64,000 nucleotides of DNA, taken from NCBI GenBank assembly GCA_038212275.1, contig JBBQUR010000003.1:128001-192000 (forward strand), in the 5' to 3' direction. The DNA comes from Planctomycetota bacterium. GTDB lineage: Bacteria; Planctomycetota; B15-G4. Each line of letters opens with the position of its first letter. The first letter of the stretch is position 1. The notes under the pieces are model-generated. The model was given only the letters and a program-made list of their open reading frames with translations, had not been told where the DNA came from and ran no database searches. Below, piece by piece: positions 37,393-47,629 of this stretch. The translations under genes and the position numbers were made by a program.

Positions 37393-38787
37393 ATGGCCGA
37401 CCCGCGCACGGCTGCCGGGCCCGCCGCCGAGGGTGCCGGCGGTGCCGGCGGCGTCGGCGCGGCCGGTGAGGCGCCGCGTCCGGCGAGCCGTGTCGCCGCG
37501 GTGCTGGGCGCGCATGCCTTCATGCTGCGCGTCGGGCGCGAGCTGTCGGGGCCCGCGCCGGACATCGGCGGGGGGCCGGCCGCAGAGGGCCAGGCGCTCA
37601 CCGTGTCGCTCGACGCCGTGCTGCTCGACGGGCCGGGCGCCGCGGCCCTGCTTGCGGCCTCCGGCGCGGCCGGCGCGCGCACCATCGTCCCGAGCAATGC
37701 GCCGCCGCTCTCGCCGGGCCAGCTCGTCTTCGTGCCGGGTGCCGAGCAGCCGCGCGACGATCGCCGCCGCATCCGCGGCCATGCGCGTGAGCACGGCCTG
37801 CCGCTCGGCTTCGCCATCGGTCGCTCCGGCTGGCCCGCCGTGGTCGCCGCGGACGAAGGCCTGCTGGGCAGCCACGACCTGATCGGCGGCGGCACGCCGG
37901 ACGTCGGCTCGCTGGGGGGGCTGGGCTGCATTCCCCTGCGCTGCCAGGTCACGGAGCTCAACGGCCTGCTCGCACGCAATGCGCTGCCGGTCGTCGTCCC
38001 GCCGACGCGCTTTGTGCGCGTCACCGGGCGCATGCCGCGCTGGGTGGGGCCCTTCGACCTGGCGGTGGCGCTGCTCGGGCTGTGCGGCGGAGCGGCCGGG
38101 CTCCGCGGCGCGGTCCTGGAACTGCACGGGGACACGATCGCCGCGCTCGACATCCCCGAGCGCCTCAGCCTGTGCGGGACGCTGGCGGCCGCCGGCGTGG
38201 CCTCCGTCGTCCTGCCCGATGCGCGCACCGTCGCGTGGCTGGCGGCCCGACGACCCGAGCGCGATCGCCGCCCCGATCCGCCCTCCCGGCCCCCGGCGGA
38301 TGCCGCGTGGCTGGAACTCGACGCCCGCAAGCTGCGCCTCGTCGCCCTCGCACTCAGCGAGGGGCAGCCGTGGCCCGGCCGCCTGCTCTCGCCCGAAGCG
38401 CCCGGCGGCGGCTCGCCCACGCCCATCGACGAGGTCGTCATCGCCGGCCGGCTGGAGGATCTGCGCGTCGCGGCCGAGGTGCTGCGCGAGCGCAACGTCC
38501 ATCCGGGCGTGGACTTGTCCATCCTCCCGGCCAGTCAGCGCGTGCTCCTGCATGCCATCGACGAGGGGCTGATCGCGGACTTCCTCCGCACCGGTGCACG
38601 ACTGCTCGCGGCGGGCGGCCTGCCGAGCCACCTCGTGCGAGGCGACCGACGACTGGTCAGCGGACCCGCAACGAGCATGGATCTGGTGGCGGGTCCCGCG
38701 GTCGCCGCCGCGAGCGCCGCCGCCGGCCGACTCATCGATCCCGAAAGCATGCGCCAGAGCCAGCGTCGCAGCGCCCGCCTCGGCTGA
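37393..38787 (+). CDS. Degenerate LeuC/aconitase large-subunit homolog lacking the Fe-S cysteine motifs
   Basis: VRVTGRMPRWVGPFDL, LELHGDTIAALDIPERLSLC, IDEVVIAGRLEDLRVAAEVL, PASQRV, GPAVAAASAAAGRLIDP. Confidence 0.75.
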   Translation: MADPRTAAGPAAEGAGGAGGVGAAGEAPRPASRVAAVLGAHAFMLRVGRELSGPAPDIGGGPAAEGQALTVSLDAVLLDGPGAAALLAASGAAGARTIVPSNAPPLSPGQLVFVPGAEQPRDDRRRIRGHAREHGLPLGFAIGRSGWPAVVAADEGLLGSHDLIGGGTPDVGSLGGLGCIPLRCQVTELNGLLARNALPVVVPPTRFVRVTGRMPRWVGPFDLAVALLGLCGGAAGLRGAVLELHGDTIAALDIPERLSLCGTLAAAGVASVVLPDARTVAWLAARRPERDRRPDPPSRPPADAAWLELDARKLRLVALALSEGQPWPGRLLSPEAPGGGSPTPIDEVVIAGRLEDLRVAAEVLRERNVHPGVDLSILPASQRVLLHAIDEGLIADFLRTGARLLAAGGLPSHLVRGDRRLVSGPATSMDLVAGPAVAAASAAAGRLIDPESMRQSQRRSARLG

Positions 38788-38890
38788 GCGCCGAGCGCCC
38801 AGCACCGAGCGCCCAGCACCGAGCGCCCAGCACCCAGCGCCGAGCACCCAGCGCCGAGCAGCGAGCAGCGAGCAGCGCGCGCCGAGCGCG
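38786..38890. repeat. 7-bp microsatellite, ~15 units ((g/c)agc(g/a)cc)
   Basis: Starts at the stop codon of the LeuC-like gene. Confidence 0.9.
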
Positions 38891-39080
38891 TCGCGCGTGA
38901 GTCCCGCGCGACGCGCGGCGCACGGACATCGCTTGCGTCGCGCGCGGCTTGCGTGCTACCCCCCTCCCCGCATTCGGGCGCGAAGGTCTATCATTGTCCG
39001 TGCAGGTGGTGGCGTGTGGTGCTCGTGCGGCGTGCAGCGGGTGCGGCGTCGACGGCAGGTGTGGCGGAGCGGGAGGTCTC

Positions 39081-42000
39081 ATGGCAAAGCGGTTCACGGC
39101 GTGCCCTCAGTGCGGGCGTTCCTTCCAGGTGGATGAGGCGAACGCGGGTCGCCGCGCGCGCTGCGGCGCGTGCGCTCACGCCTTCGTGATCCGCTTCGAC
39201 GAGGCCGCGCCCTCTGCCTCCTCCGCGCCCTCCGCGCCGGACGATGCCGCAGCCCTCGCCGCCGCGCAGGCCGAAGCCGCGCAGCAGCGTGAACTGCTCG
39301 ATCAGGCACAGGTCGTGGCACAGCAGGCCATCGACGAGGCGCATGCCGAGGCCGATCGCCTGCGCGCCGAGCAAGACACCGAAGAACGCGCGCCAGGACG
39401 CGCGCCAGGACGCGCGCCAGGACGAGCGCCGGCGCGGGCCGTAGTCGGCTCGGAGCAGCGCGATGAGCTGGCGGCGCATGAACGTCAGGCCGCGACGCAG
39501 CTCGCTGCGATGGAGGCTGCGCAGCGCGCCGCTGCGGAGCGCGCGACGGCCGCCGAGGAGCGCGCCGCGGCCGCCGAGCATCGTGCGAGCGAGCTGGAAG
39601 ACGAGATTCACGACGCCGAGCATCAGCACGCCGAAATCGGCGTGGAGATCCGCCGGCTCGAGGAGCGCGCGCGCCAGCTGGCGGCACGCAGCGCCGAGGC
39701 CGAGCAGGAGCTCGAGCGCGGCGTCGAGCAGGCGCGCGGCACGATCGCCAAGTACACGTCCGCGAAGACGGCGCTCGCCGAGGTGGAGGCCGCGCGTGCG
39801 CGCAGCGAGCGCGCGCGGCACGATGCCGACGAGGCGCTGGCGGCGGCGCAGGCGGCACTGGAGTTGCTCGCGACGCGTCGCGCCGCGGAGGAGCAGCAGC
39901 TGGCCACGTTGCACGCGCAGCGACAGGCGGCGATCGAACAGTCGCAGGCGGCGAGCGCGACGGTCGCCGAAGCGGAGTCCACGGTCGAGGCGACGCGCGC
40001 GCAGGCCGCCGCGCTGGCGGGTCGCGTGCGCGCCGCCGAGGCGCGGCTCGCGGACGTCGAAGCGGCCGCGCAGCTTCGCGAGGCGCAGCTCGAAACCTCC
40101 GTGCACCAGCGCACCGAAGCGCTGGAAGGCGAAGCGCGCCAGCGCACCGAAGCGCTGGAAAGCCACGCGAGCCAGCGCGTCGAAGCGCTCGAGAGCGAAG
40201 CGCGCGAGCGCGCCGAATCCCTGCAGAATGAGGCGCAACGGCGCGTGGATCTGCTGGAGAGCGAGGCGAAGGAGCGGCGCGAGCACGCCACCGTGCTGCA
40301 GCAGCAGGTGCGGCTGTGGAAGGACCAGCTTGCGGAGTTGCAGCACGCGGTGCAGAGCCAGCGCAGCGCTGCCGACGCGCGCCTCGCGAAAACGTCCGCC
40401 GACGCCGACACCGCCGAGCAGCGCCGTGCGCAGCTCGAACAGGCCTGCGCCGCACTGAGCGCGCAGTCCGCGACCGCGAGCGAGGCGCTCGCCGCCCTGC
40501 AGGCCGGCGCCGCGGAGGCGGAGGCCGCTTGGGAGGCGGCCAAGCAGGCGCGCGCCGCCGCGGAGCACCGGACGCAGCTGGCCGAGCAGCGCGCCGCCGA
40601 GCTGGCGCAGCAGGAGCGCGAACGCCTCGCCGCGCTGCAGGGCCAGGAGCACGCCGCCGAAGAGCGCCTCGCCGCACGTCGCGCCGAGGCCGAGTCCCTC
40701 GAGGCAGCCGCCGATGCGGCACGGGTCGCGCTGGCGGAGCTCGAGCAGCAGGGCCAGCAGCAGCGCGCCAGCACGCAGGCCTCCGTCGCCGCGTGGAACG
40801 AGGAGCAGCAGTCGCTCGCGCAGCGTCGCGCGCAGGAGAGCCAGGCCGCCGCGCAGCGCCTGTCGGCCGTGGAATCGGCGCACGCCGAGCGTCTCGCCGC
40901 GCTGCAAGCGGCGCACGAGCAGCATCGCGACGTGCAGGCGCGCGTTCACGAGGCGGAGCAGCGTGTCGCGGACCTGGCCGAGCGCGCGCGCGTCGGCGAC
41001 GAACAGTGCCTCGCCACGCAGGCGCGCGCCGACGAGCACGCCGTGCGCGTGCAGCGCCTGACGGAGCAGGCCGAGACGCTGACGCTCCAGTCGCGCGAGA
41101 TGATCGAGCGCTATCGCTCCGCGAAGGCCTCGCTGGCGGAGGCCCAGGCCAGCCAGCAGGCGGTGGAGGATCGGCGCGCGCGCACCGAGGCCGAGGCGGC
41201 GGCGCAGGCCGAGCGCGTCGCGGCCCTGATCACCGAGGCGCAGGGCGCCGAGACGGCTCGCACGGAGGCCGAGCGCGTGGCGCTCACGTGGAAGCACGAG
41301 GCCGACACGTGGCAGCAGCGCGCGCAGTCTTTGTCGGGCCAGGTCGAGCAGCTCTCGCAGCAGGCGACGGCGCAGCGCGCGGCGCAGGAGGCGGCGGCGG
41401 CGCGGTTCGCGCAGCAGGAGCGCGAGGCGCAGCAGCGCGTCGCGGCGCTGGCGGGCCGCGCGGCATCTACCGAGCAGAGCCTGACGGAGCATCGCGACCA
41501 GCTGGACCTGGCGCGTGCGGCGCTGGCCGCCGTCGAGGCGCGCGCGGCCGAGTCGCAGGCGCGCGCGGAGGATCTCGCTGCCGAGATCGAAGCGGCCGAG
41601 CAGCATGCCGGCGAGTTGACCTCCGCGGTGGCCGAGCAGCAGGCGCGGCTTGCGGAGCTGGACGCGTCGGTGAACACCGCGAGCGGTCGGCTCGAGGAAC
41701 GGCGTCGCGGCATTCACGAGGCGACGGCGTCGGCTGCCGCGCTGGCGCAGCGGCTGGCCCAGGCCGAGGCGCAGCTCTCGGCCGCGGAAGCCCTGCGCGC
41801 GGAGCAGGAGCGCGCCGCCGAGGAGGCCTCGGCGGCCTCACGCAGCGCGAGCGCGCACGCCCGCGCCGCGCAGGCCGAGGCGCTGGAGGCCACGGCGCGC
41901 ACCGCGGCCGCCCGCGAGGAGACGGGGGCGCTGACGGCGCGTTCCTACGAGTTGCGCGATCAGCTCACGGCGCTGGCGGCGCAGGCCGAGGCCGCGGCAG

Positions 42001-43850
42001 GTTCGGCGCGCGAGGCCGAGGTGCGCGCGGACGAAGCTCGTCAGCGGCAGTCGGAGGCCGAGGCCCGCATCGAGGCGGCCGACCAGCGCGTCTCCACCAA
42101 GCTGGCCGAAGCGCGCGGCGTCATCGAGGCGCGGCGCGCCGAGCTGGCCGAGATGCAGGCGCAGCGCCAGGAGCTCGAACAGACCAACGCGTCGCTGCGC
42201 TCCGAGGGCGACAGCCTCTCGCATGACGTGGCCTCCGTGCGCGACGCGCTGGCGACGCTGGACCGCCAGCTCTCGGCGCTCTCCACGGAGCGCGCCAATG
42301 CCGAGTCGGGTCGCGCGCGGCTGGTCCAGGAAGTGGCCGAGCTGCACGCGCAACGACAGGCGGCGCAGGAGGCGCTCGCGCAGGCCGTCACGCAGGCGCA
42401 GGCGGGGGACAACCAGTTGCGCGAACTGCGCGTCGCGCTGGCCACCATGGCCGCCGGGCGCGAAGCGGCCGCACGCGACGCGGAAGCGGAGCAGGAGGCG
42501 CGCGGCCTGGTCGCCGCGCAGGAGCGCGCCGCGCACGAGGATGCGATCGCCGCGCTGGACCGCCGCGCCGCCGAGGCGCGCACGCTGCTCGGCCAGCTCA
42601 ACGTGCAGAAGCGGGACGTCGAGGCCGAACTCGTGCGCACGTCGGAGCTGCTCTCGGCCACGCGCCACACGCACGAGGAGGCGCTGGGAAGCCTGGAGCG
42701 CACGCGCCACGAGCAGGCCGAGCTCGTGGGCCGCGCTCGGCAGGACACGGAGCGACTGCTCGCGCAGCGCCAGGAGCAGGAGAGCCGGCTCGCGCAGATC
42801 GCGCAGGAGCAGGCCGGGCGCGTGGAGGCCGTCGCGGCGCTGGAGCTGCAGCGCACGCGCATGGAGCAGCAGGTCGCGGTGCTGGCCGCGCGCGAGGGCG
42901 AGGTTCGCGGCGAACTGGAAGCGCGGCGTGGCCGGCTCGAAGCGCTGCGCGCCGAAGTGGCCAGGGTGGAGGACCACCTCGTCGTCGCGACGGGGCAGCT
43001 TGCGGAGACCGAGGCGCGGCAGGCCGAGGTCGGCGCGCTGGTGGAGCACACGCGGCGCGGGCACGAGCAGCTTGTCGCGCGCGCGGCGGATGAAGGTCGC
43101 CGCATGAAGGACGAGAAGGAGCGCCTCGAGCAGCAGCTGGCCGAGCTGCGCACGCGCACGGCCGAGCAGGCCGACGAATCGGCGGGCCGCATCAAGCGCC
43201 TCGCCGAGCAGCAGGGCGGGCTCGAGGCGCGCTGCGGCGAACTGCGGCACGAGCTGGACGCGCTCATCGCGCGCGGCCAGGAGGCGCGCACGGAGCTGGC
43301 CGAGCTGGACGCGCAGACGGTGGAGGCGCGCGAGGCCTCCGAGCAGAACATGGCGCAGGCGCGCAAGGCACGCGAGGCGCTCGTCGCCATCCGGCAGGAG
43401 CTGGCCGACCATGAGCTGGTGGCGCGCGAGACGATGCGCCGGCTGGCGGCCGCGGAAGAGAAGCGCCGGCAGGCCATCGAGGAGCGGCTGGAGCTGGAAG
43501 GACGCACGCGCGCCCAGCGGCTCGAGGCCGAAGATGCGCTGCGCGTCGCGAAGGAGCGCCAGGCCGCCGCTCAGAAGGCCCAGGCGCAGTTCCTGCAGAA
43601 GATCAACGAGGATCGCGAGGAGGCCCAGGCGCGGGTCAAGGCCGCGGGCGATGCGATGGCCGCGGCGCTGGCCGCACAGCGCCAGGCCAGCGACCGCTCC
43701 ATCGAGGAGCGCCGCCGCGTGCAGGCCGAGCTGGACGAGGCCACGCGCAAACTGGAGGAGTCCGAGCGCGTGGCCCGCGAGATCTACGAGGGTATCCGCA
43801 AGGTCCAGAAGGAGCGCGCGACGGAGCTGGAGATTCCCGACAGCATGTAG
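39081..43850 (+). CDS. 1,589-aa protein: N-terminal Zn-ribbon (MJ0042-like CxxC..CxxC) followed by a very long coiled-coil
   Basis: GGAGG RBS; CPQC..RARCGAC; A/E/R/Q/L-rich and nearly Pro-free over about 1,450 aa; no TM segment or P-loop seen. Confidence 0.85.
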   Translation: MAKRFTACPQCGRSFQVDEANAGRRARCGACAHAFVIRFDEAAPSASSAPSAPDDAAALAAAQAEAAQQRELLDQAQVVAQQAIDEAHAEADRLRAEQDTEERAPGRAPGRAPGRAPARAVVGSEQRDELAAHERQAATQLAAMEAAQRAAAERATAAEERAAAAEHRASELEDEIHDAEHQHAEIGVEIRRLEERARQLAARSAEAEQELERGVEQARGTIAKYTSAKTALAEVEAARARSERARHDADEALAAAQAALELLATRRAAEEQQLATLHAQRQAAIEQSQAASATVAEAESTVEATRAQAAALAGRVRAAEARLADVEAAAQLREAQLETSVHQRTEALEGEARQRTEALESHASQRVEALESEARERAESLQNEAQRRVDLLESEAKERREHATVLQQQVRLWKDQLAELQHAVQSQRSAADARLAKTSADADTAEQRRAQLEQACAALSAQSATASEALAALQAGAAEAEAAWEAAKQARAAAEHRTQLAEQRAAELAQQERERLAALQGQEHAAEERLAARRAEAESLEAAADAARVALAELEQQGQQQRASTQASVAAWNEEQQSLAQRRAQESQAAAQRLSAVESAHAERLAALQAAHEQHRDVQARVHEAEQRVADLAERARVGDEQCLATQARADEHAVRVQRLTEQAETLTLQSREMIERYRSAKASLAEAQASQQAVEDRRARTEAEAAAQAERVAALITEAQGAETARTEAERVALTWKHEADTWQQRAQSLSGQVEQLSQQATAQRAAQEAAAARFAQQEREAQQRVAALAGRAASTEQSLTEHRDQLDLARAALAAVEARAAESQARAEDLAAEIEAAEQHAGELTSAVAEQQARLAELDASVNTASGRLEERRRGIHEATASAAALAQRLAQAEAQLSAAEALRAEQERAAEEASAASRSASAHARAAQAEALEATARTAAAREETGALTARSYELRDQLTALAAQAEAAAGSAREAEVRADEARQRQSEAEARIEAADQRVSTKLAEARGVIEARRAELAEMQAQRQELEQTNASLRSEGDSLSHDVASVRDALATLDRQLSALSTERANAESGRARLVQEVAELHAQRQAAQEALAQAVTQAQAGDNQLRELRVALATMAAGREAAARDAEAEQEARGLVAAQERAAHEDAIAALDRRAAEARTLLGQLNVQKRDVEAELVRTSELLSATRHTHEEALGSLERTRHEQAELVGRARQDTERLLAQRQEQESRLAQIAQEQAGRVEAVAALELQRTRMEQQVAVLAAREGEVRGELEARRGRLEALRAEVARVEDHLVVATGQLAETEARQAEVGALVEHTRRGHEQLVARAADEGRRMKDEKERLEQQLAELRTRTAEQADESAGRIKRLAEQQGGLEARCGELRHELDALIARGQEARTELAELDAQTVEAREASEQNMAQARKAREALVAIRQELADHELVARETMRRLAAAEEKRRQAIEERLELEGRTRAQRLEAEDALRVAKERQAAAQKAQAQFLQKINEDREEAQARVKAAGDAMAAALAAQRQASDRSIEERRRVQAELDEATRKLEESERVAREIYEGIRKVQKERATELEIPDSM

Positions 43851-43974
43851 GCTGGCGGAGGCTGCACCGGATCGCGTCTCGCCGCGGGCTCGGCCGGCGG
43901 CCATCCGACCGCCCTTGATCGGTCGGCCCATTTCCCCCACACTTCCAGCCCCTTCCGGTCGATCGGCAGGGCGC

Positions 43975-44050
43975 GGGCAGATAGCTCAGCTGGTAGAGCA
44001 CTGCACTGAAAATGCAGGTGTCCCCGGTTCGATTCCGGGTCTGCCCACCA
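43975..44050 (+). tRNA. tRNA-Phe (GAA)
   Basis: 76-nt cloverleaf: GGGCAGA acceptor, D-loop AGCTGGTA, anticodon arm CTGCA-CTGAAAA-TGCAG, GGTTCGATTCC, encoded CCA. Confidence 0.98.
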
Positions 44051-44184
44051 CCGCATCACGCGAGGCCACGTGTCGCTCGTCGACGCGTGGCCTCGCTCCT
44101 TGGTGGCGTGGCATGATGCGCCGCCTCGACCCAGCCGCGACGCTCCCGGAAGGCACCTCCGGAACCCACCCCCGGAATCCACCA

Positions 44185-44832
44185 GTGAATGGCCAGCTCC
44201 CCAACGCCGATTCCGCGCCCGAGAACGAGGCGCACGACACCGACCTGAACGAGGCCGCGCTCGCGGAGTCGTCGGAGCCGTCTGCAGGCGACGGCACCGA
44301 AGACGGCGGCGCCGACGACGACGGAGGCCATGCCGGTGATGCGGCCCACGCGGCCGACGCATCCGATGTGGCCGTCGAGAGCAGCGAGGTCGTCGAGAAC
44401 GGCGAGACAGCGGGCGAGACGGCGACGGGCGATGGCGGCGCCCTCGGCGGCGACGCGTCGTCGGCCGGCGACGCTGCCGGCGGCGGCGAGCACCCCGAGC
44501 GTCCGCGCAAGCCGCGGCGGGAGAGACCCAAGCGCGATCCCTACGAGACGCCGTTCGGCGGCATCTTCCTCGACACGCTGCAGCGGCTCGCCGGCCTGCG
44601 CGGGCAGTTCGCGTACGGCGTGCCCGAGAAGCTGTGGCGCGCCAACCGCGAGCAGACCATCCGCATCCTCCGCGAGGAGGTGCCGATGCCCACGTTCAAG
44701 AACCAGATCCACTGCATCCTCAACTCGGATCCCGAGTGGCTCGCCTACGACGTCCACTACGAGATGCTGAGCTCCGCGACGCCGCCCGAAGACAGCTTCC
44801 GCTGGCTGTGGCTCTACATGATGCTGCGCTGA
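44185..44832 (+). CDS. Hypothetical protein: acidic disordered N-terminus plus ~95-aa globular C-terminal domain
   Basis: Coding-like GC3 bias; C-terminal DPYETPFGGIFLDTL...FRWLWLYMMLR; start uncertain. Confidence 0.7.
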   Translation: MNGQLPNADSAPENEAHDTDLNEAALAESSEPSAGDGTEDGGADDDGGHAGDAAHAADASDVAVESSEVVENGETAGETATGDGGALGGDASSAGDAAGGGEHPERPRKPRRERPKRDPYETPFGGIFLDTLQRLAGLRGQFAYGVPEKLWRANREQTIRILREEVPMPTFKNQIHCILNSDPEWLAYDVHYEMLSSATPPEDSFRWLWLYMMLR

Positions 44833-45050
44833 CGGCCGCTGCGGCGCGCCGTGCTTGGCTCAAGACTCGCGCGCTGTCGCTCATGTCGCTCGTCGTCGGC
44901 GGTGGGATCGGGCTGCTGCTCCGCCTGCAGGGAGCCCGGAATCACCGAGCAGATTTGCCTCCTCGGACAGCGGCGAGAGCGACTGGCGCGGCGGCATGGT
45001 CGACGCAGCGGACCGGCCCGCGGCGTTGCTTGCGGCATCCGGGCGCCTCT

Positions 45051-45083
45051 GGTCAGCGGGTCAGCGGGTCAGCTGGTCAGCGG
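45051..45083. repeat. 8-bp repeat ggtcagc(g/t) x4 between convergent genes
   Basis: Directly visible. Confidence 0.75.
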
Positions 45084-47629
45084 GCCGTCAGCTTCAGGCC
45101 GTTGCTCGCGGCCAGTCCGACCGGACCGTGGGCATCGACGAGCCAGGCCTGTGTCCAGATCGGCGTGCCCGCCGGCACGCCGGCCGGCCAGGTCGCCGGG
45201 AACACGGCGTGGCCGCCGGGCGCTGTCTCGAACGTGATGAGCAGCTGCGGCACGGGAACCATGACGCCGCCGCGGAAGGCCGTGAAGGCAGGCGTCGCGC
45301 CGATCACGAGCGCCGCCGCCGCCGGGAACGCGGCGCTGGACAGCGCGAGCTGCACGGGCGTGGCCGGCAGGAGCAGTCCGGCGCCCTGCAGTCCGGGTAC
45401 GCCATGGATGCCGGCGAGGCCGAACCCGACGTCGAGGAATGGTTGCTCCGGCGAGCGACTCCGGAATGCAGTGACCGACCGTGCGTTGTGTTGCGAGTTG
45501 GTGACCGCGAGGTCGGGGTGCCCGTCGCCGTCCAGGTTGCCGACGGCGATGCCGAAGGTCTGCAGCTGCGCCGCGAAGAACTCGTGTGTCGTCCAGTGCA
45601 TCGCGCCGTCGTTCACGAGCAGCTCGGCGGAACTGTGGCCGACATCGGGCACCGCGAGGTCGCCGTAACCGTCGCCGTCGAAGTCGGCGATGGCGATCGA
45701 TGATGCGATGCTCGACGTGGGCCAGCTCGTCGGCGTGTTGAGGCCGCCAGTGCCGGTGGCGAGGAACACGTGCACCAGTGCCAAGGCGCTGTCCGCGATC
45801 GCGACGTCCGCCACGCCGTCGGCATTGATGTCGGCGGCGGCAATCGCGCCGGCACTGCCGGGAACCGTGGCGAGGATCGGCAACCCGAACGAGCCGTCGG
45901 CGTTCCCCGGGTACACCGCGATCGACGGCGGGACCGCGAGGCTCACGACGGCGTCGGGCACGCCGTCGCCGGTCACGTCGGCGACGGCCACGCCGGCGGG
46001 CGTGCCCGCGAGCGGGCTCGTCTGCTCGGGCAGAAACGCGCCGGTGCCGCCGGTCGTCGTGGCGCGGCGGACCGACAGCAGGCCGGACGCCTTGCTCACC
46101 GTGAGCAGGTCGGCATGCCCGTCGAAGTTCAGGTCGGCCACCTCGAAGGCGGTCGGCGACCCCGACATCGGCCAGTTCGTCGCTGCGAGGAGCGCACCTG
46201 TGCCGACACCGGGATGGATCGTGATGCCGGTCGCGATGCCGATGGACGCAACGTCCGCATGCGCGTCGCCGGTGAGTTCGGCGATCCGCACGTCGCGCGT
46301 GCCGATGCCCAGTTTGGTGGTCAGCGTCGAGGTGAGGACACCTGTGCCGTCGTTGCGCACCACGGTGAGACCGCCGTAGTCGTAGATGTCCTCGCCCGCA
46401 CAGGCCACGACCAGCTCGTCGCGTCCGTCACCGGTGAGGTCGCCGAACGCGACGCCCAATGGCTTCACCAGTACGGAGGCGCGTTGCGCCGCGGTGAAGG
46501 ACCGGACGCCGACCTGCCGCAGGACGTTCACGCCCGTCGAGTAGCTGGCGACCAGCAGGTCGACGAGGCCGTCGCCGTTCACGTCGCCCGTGGACATGCC
46601 GTAGGCGCCGGCGCCCACGACCAGCCCGAGCGGTGCGGTGAACGCGCCGTTGCCGGTGCCGAAGGCGACGTGAGCCGTCGCCGAGAAAAGGGACACGCCT
46701 GCATCGGTGGCGGCGAGGTCGAGGAGGCCATCGCCGTCGAGGTCGGCGACCTCGATCTCGAACGGCGAACTGCCGGTGCCGATCAGAGTGATGGCGCCGA
46801 AACCTCCGGCGCCGTCGCCGAGCATCACGCCGAGGGAGTTACTTGAGAGGACGGCGAGCGCGAGGTCGACCTTGCCGTCCTGATTGAGGTCCGCAGCTGC
46901 AGCCGTGAGCGGGCCGTAGCCTGCCGGATGCGTGACCGGCGCGAGGAACACGCCGCCGCTGTTGAGCGCGACGGAGATCTGGTGCGAGAACTGGTCCACC
47001 GAGACGAGGTCGAGGTCGAGATCGCCATCCAGGTCGCACAGCACGACATCGGAGGGGTGCTGCCCGACCGCCCAGGCCTGCGCCGTGACGAAGTTGCCGG
47101 CACCGTCGCCGTGCAGCACCGAGACCGTGTCGCCGTAGTAGTTGGCCACCGCGACATCGACGAAACCGTCACCATTCATGTCGCCGCTGGCGAGTTCCCG
47201 AGGTCCCGTGCCCACTGGAAACGAAGTCTTTCCCAGCAATCCGCCAGTTCCGTCACCGAGGCGCACCGTGATCGTGTCGGCGTTCGCGTCGGCGCTGATC
47301 ACGTCGGGGCGGCCGTCGCCGTTGACGTCCACGACATCGATGTCACTCGCACCGGCGCCCATCGGATAGTCCGCGCCGCCAGCGAATCCGCCCACGCCAT
47401 TGCCGAACCGGATCGAGACCGTCCCGGCGCCAGCGCTCGCCGAGACGAGATCGAGGCGCCGATCGCCGTTCAGGTCGATGGCCACGACATCACTCGCACC
47501 GCCCGTCAGCTGGATGGTCGAGCCATCGAGCAGAGGCACCGCCGTGATCTGCGCCATGACCGGCGACGGGCAGGCGAAGGCGGCAACGATGCAGAGGAGG
47601 GACATGTCGAGCGTGTGAATGTGTGCCAT
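45077..47629 (-). CDS. Secreted FG-GAP/VCBS repeat (beta-propeller) protein with distinct C-terminal domain
   Basis: Signal peptide; about 13-14 D(L/V/F)(N/D/T)GDGxxD repeats; unique C-terminal ~120 aa. Confidence 0.92.
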   Translation of the reverse strand: MAHIHTLDMSLLCIVAAFACPSPVMAQITAVPLLDGSTIQLTGGASDVVAIDLNGDRRLDLVSASAGAGTVSIRFGNGVGGFAGGADYPMGAGASDIDVVDVNGDGRPDVISADANADTITVRLGDGTGGLLGKTSFPVGTGPRELASGDMNGDGFVDVAVANYYGDTVSVLHGDGAGNFVTAQAWAVGQHPSDVVLCDLDGDLDLDLVSVDQFSHQISVALNSGGVFLAPVTHPAGYGPLTAAAADLNQDGKVDLALAVLSSNSLGVMLGDGAGGFGAITLIGTGSSPFEIEVADLDGDGLLDLAATDAGVSLFSATAHVAFGTGNGAFTAPLGLVVGAGAYGMSTGDVNGDGLVDLLVASYSTGVNVLRQVGVRSFTAAQRASVLVKPLGVAFGDLTGDGRDELVVACAGEDIYDYGGLTVVRNDGTGVLTSTLTTKLGIGTRDVRIAELTGDAHADVASIGIATGITIHPGVGTGALLAATNWPMSGSPTAFEVADLNFDGHADLLTVSKASGLLSVRRATTTGGTGAFLPEQTSPLAGTPAGVAVADVTGDGVPDAVVSLAVPPSIAVYPGNADGSFGLPILATVPGSAGAIAAADINADGVADVAIADSALALVHVFLATGTGGLNTPTSWPTSSIASSIAIADFDGDGYGDLAVPDVGHSSAELLVNDGAMHWTTHEFFAAQLQTFGIAVGNLDGDGHPDLAVTNSQHNARSVTAFRSRSPEQPFLDVGFGLAGIHGVPGLQGAGLLLPATPVQLALSSAAFPAAAALVIGATPAFTAFRGGVMVPVPQLLITFETAPGGHAVFPATWPAGVPAGTPIWTQAWLVDAHGPVGLAASNGLKLTAR

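Noticed and set aside
39081..43850. SMC/SbcC chromosome segregation ATPase
   Set aside because: No Walker A/B, signature motif or hinge seen
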